A stretch of 64,000 bases of DNA. Origin: Planctomycetota bacterium. Lineage in GTDB: Bacteria > Planctomycetota > UBA1135 > UBA2386. The number at the start of each line of letters is the position of its first letter. The first letter of the stretch is position 1. Below, in pieces: positions 59,101-64,000 of this stretch. A program made the position numbers and the translations under genes. The notes beneath the pieces are model-generated. The model was not told where the DNA came from. It ran no database searches and saw nothing but the letters and a program-made list of their open reading frames with translations. Location of the stretch: the NCBI GenBank assembly GCA_046290465.1, contig JBKAGP010000001.1, forward strand, positions 4,224,001 through 4,288,000. Reading direction: 5' to 3'.

Positions 59101-59908
59101 CGTCGACGTCGCTGGGCTCGTCGATGCCGTCGTGGTCGTCGTCGGCGACGCCGTTGCGGCCACCGACCGTCGGCAGGATGCCGGAGTCGAGCGCCCACAG
59201 CACGCGCGGGTCGGTCTTGAAGTGCTCGAGGTCCCCGGTCGGCGGGATCTGCGCGCGCGCCGCCAGCGCGGCCACGGTCTCGGTGCGCAGGTCGAAGGTG
59301 CCGTCGGGCGCCTTCCAGTCCTCGACCGGCTCCGCGGTGCTGTTCAGGTGGCACGGGATGCAGGTCGCGGCGTCTCCGCTCGGGAACGAAGCGCCCGGCG
59401 ACGGACCCGCGTGCGGCTGGCCCTGCGAGGCTGCTGCCGACACGAACGCCGTCGTCGTCGGGCTCTGCATGCTGTGGCAGGTCGCGCAGCGCGGGTGACG
59501 GAACTTGCCGGCCAGCGACTGGCTGAAGGCGTTGGCGTTGACCTCCTGGGCACAGATCGCCGCAACGAACACGTCGGCGGCACCGTTGGTGTCGTTGACC
59601 AGGTCGCGGCTGACGTTGGCGGTGACGCCGTCTCCGCCCGCATCGGACGTCGTGAACGCGACCAGCACGACGTCGCGCTCCGCGAACGCGCCGATCGCCG
59701 GAACCACCGCACCCGCGACGACGGAGTCCGCGGCCGGATCCGTCAGTTCGACCCCGATGTCGAGGCCGACGGGCAGGTTGGTGCTCGTCTGCGTCGTCTC
59801 CCCGCTGGTGGGGGTGTTGGGGAGGTTGTTGCCGAGACCGGACGAGCAGCTGGCGATCGCAATGGCGATCGCAGCGATGCTCAACGTGACGAGGAGGCGT
59901 ACCTTCAT
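56153..59908 (-). CDS. Large surface lipoprotein: diheme cytochrome c-like insert, TolB-like propeller, PKD repeats, C-terminal DNRLRE/CBM96-like domain
   Basis: IASC lipobox; CATCH and CIPCH; VAF.S.AT.L..DTNG..DVF repeats; four WDF/WDL PKD repeats; ADNTI...RGLVQFDIS..P...V..ATL.L. Confidence 0.85.
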   Translation of the reverse strand: MKVRLLVTLSIAAIAIAIASCSSGLGNNLPNTPTSGETTQTSTNLPVGLDIGVELTDPAADSVVAGAVVPAIGAFAERDVVLVAFTTSDAGGDGVTANVSRDLVNDTNGAADVFVAAICAQEVNANAFSQSLAGKFRHPRCATCHSMQSPTTTAFVSAAASQGQPHAGPSPGASFPSGDAATCIPCHLNSTAEPVEDWKAPDGTFDLRTETVAALAARAQIPPTGDLEHFKTDPRVLWALDSGILPTVGGRNGVADDDHDGIDEPSDVDGEPRTVPGGSAVFIQQIDDWEAAGFPVTAADAVCDVTLVSRAASTTNAGDAASTRPQMIYVPNGSFTAPGTVGTLYIVYQSDATDLVAGDTNGATDVFRTAVDLISDASGNLSLQVNGNATLVSATNGTTNEGNGASTTPVIGGATGNLVAFQSQATDLVAGFTDGNGSSGFDVYVRNLGTNDTHLISHQTTNQATGGDGSSEAPSIDPTGVGVAFESDATDLIGSDTNGVRDVFYSDVSGSAPFTKNRASVTSAGAEGTGGASADASIYVAGGGRTLVAFESDKTDLAAALTATTNVYVFDSDSGNTTMLNRLLSTSLDVIGDGDARNPVIGADGANIAFESAATNIDILRSDENGAVDVFLVDVAQALAGNVLPYRYSLTTLEATDGNGDSTEPQFTTFASASSTYSVGFSVYKTAATNLGNSDSTDLIVAFLDETSGVVADFTTDVTSGAIPLTVQFTDASTGVPTAWEWDFDNDGNVDSTEQNPSYTFATAGSYTVTLTASNATTTNSVTKANLITAIGTPVPDFTATPTSGPASLAVTFTDTSTGDPTSWLWDFGDGSSTVTTQNPNHTYTTPGTYTVTMTATNVAGSATETKTNLIEVFTPVVAGFTPSTSSGTVPFAVTFTNTSTGATSYSWDFGDGSPTVTTENPTHTFTSSGSFTVTLTATGPGGTDMATTGITANGVVTASFTITISAVPATSGYEAQTVTLDASGSSNATSYAWDLDNNGSTDRTGVTVTDTIANLFPTSSQTAYTVKLTATGPGGSGSTTLPFTSVADSETIMLNATADNTIYQEATNNSNGAGTQLIVGRTAGTSSTLSRRGLVQFDISSVPAGSTVTNATLTLVSDTPAVTGNQSIAIRRLTQAWTEGSSNAGNPGGLGAVAAGGGATWANRTTPSTAWSSAGGSFAAATATIMVGAPGTDVSGDLSSDVQGWLDATFSNFGWALVGNEGATTTAKRFSTREGSNPPVLTVTYTRPLP

Positions 59909-60074
59909 GGAATGGACGATGCCAGCCGATGTTCGGAGGGAGAGACTACCCTTTCGGCTGTTGCGATGCTGCCAACCAAGTCCTCTTGGCATGGGGCGTT
60001 TGCAACACGTCGGTGGTGGCAGTCGTTCGTCGATCGCCGGATACTTGCCCCCGGCACCCAGCCGCCCAACTGAG

Positions 60075-61799
60075 ATGAAGAATTCGTCCCTGCTGTTGTT
60101 CCTGCTGCCGGCGATCGCGCTCGGCTCGTGCAAGTTCCTGGTCAAGCAGCTGGTGGACTACCAGGACTACTGGCCGAGCGGCTTGCCGAAGACGCGCGGC
60201 ACGCTGGCCGGCGACAAGCAGGCGGGCGACTGGACGCTGTTCTACGAGTCCGGCCGGCCGATGGCGAAGGGCGCCTACAAGGAGGACCGTCAGTTCGGTC
60301 CGTGGACGTTCTACTACGAGAACGGCGCCGAGAAGCGCTCGGGCAGCTACGACGACAAGGGGCTGCGCACTGGCGACTGGCTCTACAAGTACGAGGACGC
60401 CACGCCGAAGGCGCGCGGCGCCTACGTCGGCGACTTCGAGGACGGCCTGTGGACGTTCTACGGGCCGGACGGTGCGGTCTCGATGGAGGGCCAGTACGAC
60501 AGCGGCAAGCAGTCGGGCTTCTGGACGTTCTATTACGCGGGCGGCAAGCCGAAGGCGCAGGGCATCTACTTCCGCGGCGACCGCGTCGGCCCGTGGCAGG
60601 TCTGGAGCGAGAACGGCGCGTCGCGCATCCAGGACTTCGGCCAGAAGGCCGGCGTGCAGCTCGTTCGCCAGGTCTGGCCCGGCACCCAGCAGATGCAGCG
60701 CACCGGCGCACTGCAGAACGGCAAGGCGGTCGGTCGCTGGACCAGCTGCCACCAGAACGGCAAGGTGCGGCTCTGCTGCGGCATGGTCGCGGGCGTGCCG
60801 TCCGGGGTGTTCGAGGCGCGGGACGAGCGGGGCGGCGTGGTCGCGCAGGGGCGGTTCGAGGCTGGCCAGGTCGTCGCTGGCGGCACGGCGGTCGCCGACG
60901 GCGTCGTGCGCGAGCTGGTCGCGGGAGCGCTGCCGGCGGCGCCGGCGAGCATCGAGCCGTGGTCCGGCTCCGCCGCGATGGCGGCGGCGTCGCCCGAGCA
61001 GCAGCTGTCGCTGTTCGTCGGCGAGCAGCGCCTCGACGTCTCGGGTGAGCCGTTCGTCGCGGTCACGATCGACGAGAGCGCGCAGCCCGCCGGTGCGCCG
61101 GCGCCGGTCGCCGCCGCGGTCATCGAGCAGATCGACGAGCAGCCGGCCCGCATGCCGGCGGCGGCGCAGCCGCAGCTGACCGTCAAGCAGAAGAAGGAGA
61201 TGGACCAGTACATCGACGAGTACACCAACGGCCCCAAGCCGGGCGGCGGCATGTTCAGCGGTGGGGACTACGCGCCGCAGGCCGGCAGCCCGCGGCCCAA
61301 GGGCGGCACCGGCCGTCGCGAGCAGCTCGAGGGCAAGCCGCTGCCGTTCGACAAGATGCAGGCGGTCGACGGGGGCGACGTCGACCTGACGGCCTACCAC
61401 GGCAAGCAGCGGGTGATGATCGTCGTGCTGCGCGGCTTCCTCGGCGAGGTGTGCTGCTACTGCGTCGCGCAGACCAAGGCGCTGGCCAAGGCCAAGTCCA
61501 AGCTCGAGGCCAACAACGTCGAGGTGCTGGTGATCTACCCGGGGCCGCGCGAGAACGAGGAGTCGTTCCGGCGGATCTACGAGGAGGAGTTCGGTGAGGG
61601 CGCGCCGCCCTACCGCGTCTTCTACGACCAGGATCTCGAGCTGGTGACCAGGCTCGGCATCGAGGGCGACCTGGCGTCGCCGTCGACGTTCCTGGTCGAC
61701 GAGAACGGCATCGTGCAATACGCCTACGTCGGCGAGCACCGCGCCGACCGGCCGGCGACCAACAAGCTGATCAAGCTGATCGAGGGGATGAAGGAGTGA
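60075..61799 (+). CDS. Lipoprotein with MORN-variant (YwqK-like) repeats and a C-terminal AhpC/TSA peroxiredoxin-like domain
   Basis: LGSC lipobox; G.W..YY..G repeats; VVLRGF..VCCYC and PSTFLVDENGIVQYAYVG. Confidence 0.85.
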   Translation: MKNSSLLLFLLPAIALGSCKFLVKQLVDYQDYWPSGLPKTRGTLAGDKQAGDWTLFYESGRPMAKGAYKEDRQFGPWTFYYENGAEKRSGSYDDKGLRTGDWLYKYEDATPKARGAYVGDFEDGLWTFYGPDGAVSMEGQYDSGKQSGFWTFYYAGGKPKAQGIYFRGDRVGPWQVWSENGASRIQDFGQKAGVQLVRQVWPGTQQMQRTGALQNGKAVGRWTSCHQNGKVRLCCGMVAGVPSGVFEARDERGGVVAQGRFEAGQVVAGGTAVADGVVRELVAGALPAAPASIEPWSGSAAMAAASPEQQLSLFVGEQRLDVSGEPFVAVTIDESAQPAGAPAPVAAAVIEQIDEQPARMPAAAQPQLTVKQKKEMDQYIDEYTNGPKPGGGMFSGGDYAPQAGSPRPKGGTGRREQLEGKPLPFDKMQAVDGGDVDLTAYHGKQRVMIVVLRGFLGEVCCYCVAQTKALAKAKSKLEANNVEVLVIYPGPRENEESFRRIYEEEFGEGAPPYRVFYDQDLELVTRLGIEGDLASPSTFLVDENGIVQYAYVGEHRADRPATNKLIKLIEGMKE

Positions 61800-64000
61800 G
61801 CGGCACCGATCCCAACGGCAAGCACTTCGGCAGGAGGGGCGACCCGACCAGCCCGTTCCAGCCGAGCGGCGCCGACGACGGTGGCCCGCCGGGAGGCACG
61901 CTGCCCAACGACCTGCCCAAGCTGCCCGGCATCACGCTGCAGTATGAGATCGCGCGCGGTGGCATGGGCGTCGTCTACAGCGGTCGCCAGGACTTCCTGG
62001 ACCGCCGCGTCGCGGTCAAGTTCTTGTCGGTCGAGCTCGGCGGCGAGGCGTTCGCCAAGCGCTTCCAGCGCGAGGCCAAGATCCTCGCCGGCATCAGCCA
62101 CCCCAACATCGTCGGCTGCCACATGGCGGACACGACGCCGCAGGGGCAGTCGTATCTGGTGATGGAGTTCATCGACGGTCCCAGCCTGAAGGCGTGGATC
62201 GGCGACAACGGCCCGGTGGCGCCGATCGCGTCGCTGCGGCTGATCCGCGCGAGCGCGGCGGCGCTGGCGCACGCGCACCAGTCCGACATCATCCACCGCG
62301 ACGTCAAGCCGGAGAACATCCTGCTCGAGTCGGTGACGTCGACCGCGATCGACATCGCGTTCCCGTTCACGCCCAAGCTGGTCGACCTCGGCCTCGCGCG
62401 CATGACGCACGAACAGGTCGGTGCCGGGCTGACCTCGCCGGGCTCGGTGATGGGCACGCCGTCGACGATGTCGCCCGAGCAGTTCGACGACCCGGACTCG
62501 GTCGACTTCCGCTCCGACATCTACGGCCTCGGTTGCTGCCTCTACGAGATGCTGGTCGGCCACCCGGCGTTCCGCGGCAGCAAGCTGACCGACATCGTGC
62601 TGCGCAAGCGCGATCCTGACGCGCCGGATCCGTGTGCCGAGAACGCGTCGCTGCCGGCCGCGGTCGGCGCGTTCACCAAGCGGCTGCTGGCGAGCGCGCG
62701 CGAAGATCGGCCGGCGAGCTACAAGCAGCTGGACCAGGAGATCGGCGAGCTGATCGAGGCGCTGCAGAGCGCGGGTGGGCGGACCGACACGATCGCGGGC
62801 ATGGCCGGTGACGTGCTCGATCGGACCGTGCCGTCGAAGCCCGGTGCGTTCGGTGGCGCGACGCCGGCGCAGCCGACCCAGCCGGCGCCGCCCGCCAAGG
62901 GCGGCAAGACCGCGCCCGGAATGCTCAACACCGGCGAGCTCGACTTCCTCAGCGAAGGCGTGCCGCCGGTCGACGCCGCGCCCGCGTTCCAGGAGGCGCC
63001 CGGCGGCGGTGGGACCGGCGGAGAACGACCCGGCGGTCGCACCGTGGTCACGCAGGGCTCGTCGGACACCAGCGCCACCCAGCCGGACGGTCCGGCCGGC
63101 GGCGGCAAGAACGGCCTGATCGCGGTCGTCGCCGTGCTGTTGCTGGTCGGCGGTGGTGTCGGGGCGTTCTTCGCGATGAACGGCGGCGGGGAGGATCCGG
63201 ACGTCGGCGGCGGCCAGACAGGAGGGACCCAGATCGGCGGCACCCAGACCGGCGGGGCCCAGGGCAACGTGCCCAACGCGCGTCCGGTCGTCACGATCGC
63301 GCAGGCGCCGGACACGGTCGCCATCGGCGAGCGGTTCACCATCGAGCTGGAGGCCAGGGATGCCGACGGCGACGATCTCGATTACGAGTGGATCTGGCCG
63401 ACCGACGTGATCGTGGCGGCCTCGACGACCAGCGGGCCGACGGTCCGATTCGCCCTGGACGACGGTCTGCCGGGCGTCGAGATGACGATCTCGGCGCGGG
63501 TGACGGACGGTCGTTCGGAGGAGCCGGTCGTGATCGACCACCGATTCGTCGTCGGCGACGGTCCGGTCAGCAAGCCGCTGCAGACGTTCAAGAGCGACAG
63601 TTCGTACGTGCACCGCGGCTCGTGGACGCCGGCCAACCAGGATCCCTACGACCTGTTCGTGGTCGGGCGGGTGCGCAACGGACCGGCGACGCTGCAGAAG
63701 AAGGTCGGTGAGGAGCCCTATTGGGAGTGGATGGGCACGCTCGAGCCGACCGAGGAGGAGGGCGTCGACACCTGCGTCGGGCTGTTCGCCGTGACGTTCG
63801 GCGACGAGGGCCTGGCGGTGCGCGCGACGCGCAACATCAAGACCCGCGCCTGGAAGAACGAACTGCTCGACCGCGTGCCCGGCCAGGACCAGTGGACGTC
63901 ACGCGTGCAGCCGATCGTGCGCGAGTGGACCGAGCCCGAGCGCACCGACAACCGTTCGGAGGCCTGGTGCTCGATCCGCCGCGAGCGCAGCCGGCTGATC
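61796..64000 (+). CDS. Membrane Ser/Thr protein kinase with an extracytoplasmic domain (truncated by the window end)
   Basis: Not in the ORF track because there is no stop in the window. The GTG overlaps the upstream TGA with SD AAGGA. IARGGMGVVY, VAVK, HRDVKPEN, DLG and MSPEQ motifs; TM segment near 63115-63175. Confidence 0.9.
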   Translation, partial: MSGTDPNGKHFGRRGDPTSPFQPSGADDGGPPGGTLPNDLPKLPGITLQYEIARGGMGVVYSGRQDFLDRRVAVKFLSVELGGEAFAKRFQREAKILAGISHPNIVGCHMADTTPQGQSYLVMEFIDGPSLKAWIGDNGPVAPIASLRLIRASAAALAHAHQSDIIHRDVKPENILLESVTSTAIDIAFPFTPKLVDLGLARMTHEQVGAGLTSPGSVMGTPSTMSPEQFDDPDSVDFRSDIYGLGCCLYEMLVGHPAFRGSKLTDIVLRKRDPDAPDPCAENASLPAAVGAFTKRLLASAREDRPASYKQLDQEIGELIEALQSAGGRTDTIAGMAGDVLDRTVPSKPGAFGGATPAQPTQPAPPAKGGKTAPGMLNTGELDFLSEGVPPVDAAPAFQEAPGGGGTGGERPGGRTVVTQGSSDTSATQPDGPAGGGKNGLIAVVAVLLLVGGGVGAFFAMNGGGEDPDVGGGQTGGTQIGGTQTGGAQGNVPNARPVVTIAQAPDTVAIGERFTIELEARDADGDDLDYEWIWPTDVIVAASTTSGPTVRFALDDGLPGVEMTISARVTDGRSEEPVVIDHRFVVGDGPVSKPLQTFKSDSSYVHRGSWTPANQDPYDLFVVGRVRNGPATLQKKVGEEPYWEWMGTLEPTEEEGVDTCVGLFAVTFGDEGLAVRATRNIKTRAWKNELLDRVPGQDQWTSRVQPIVREWTEPERTDNRSEAWCSIRRERSRLI

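Noticed and set aside
55358..60073. 1571-aa + strand ORF (and similar long ORFs 4434-7040, 10523-12988, 13015-16098, 48322-51552, 61724-63613)
   Set aside because: Antisense shadows of real genes, caused by high GC3; Arg/Ala/Gly-rich with no recognisable motifs.
60075..61000. YwqK-type antitoxin of a toxin-antitoxin system
   Set aside because: MORN-variant repeats are generic; the protein is an exported lipoprotein with no adjacent toxin gene.

Overview
A very GC-rich (roughly 70% by eye), gene-dense bacterial window. It most likely comes from a Planctomycetota genome; this is inferred from ECF sigma/Ser-Thr kinase pairs, an insertion-bearing signal peptidase I, and large secreted Kelch/PKD proteins. 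About 60 CDS are supportable. Housekeeping genes include ettA, a second ABC-F, fmt, rsmB, lysC, a leuA-like gene, purF, pyrE, lepB and tatA/B. There is an LPS block (kdsD-kdsC-1001-aa Lpt-like protein-lptD) and a mosaic glutathione cluster (grx, ABC-2 pair, cyanobacterial-type gshA, gshB, gloB, bolA, grxD). No rRNA, tRNA, CRISPR array or transposase was seen. The most unusual signals are: (1) short tandem arrays copied from the sequence spanning a gene's own stop codon, recurring at four convergent junctions and two further gene ends; (2) an 83-bp palindromic, CTAG-bounded REP/MITE-like duplication sitting on a stop codon; (3) a compositionally atypical nucleotidyltransferase plus wHTH two-gene cassette, a candidate toxin-antitoxin or anti-phage module; (4) a diheme/beta-propeller/PKD surface lipoprotein divergent from a MORN-peroxiredoxin and a kinase; (5) a shared C-terminal domain on unrelated secreted proteins; (6) TAnnnT boxes 6-12 nt before many start codons, suggesting leaderless or short-leader transcription. 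All family assignments come from motif recognition by eye; no database search was run, and start codons are best estimates.
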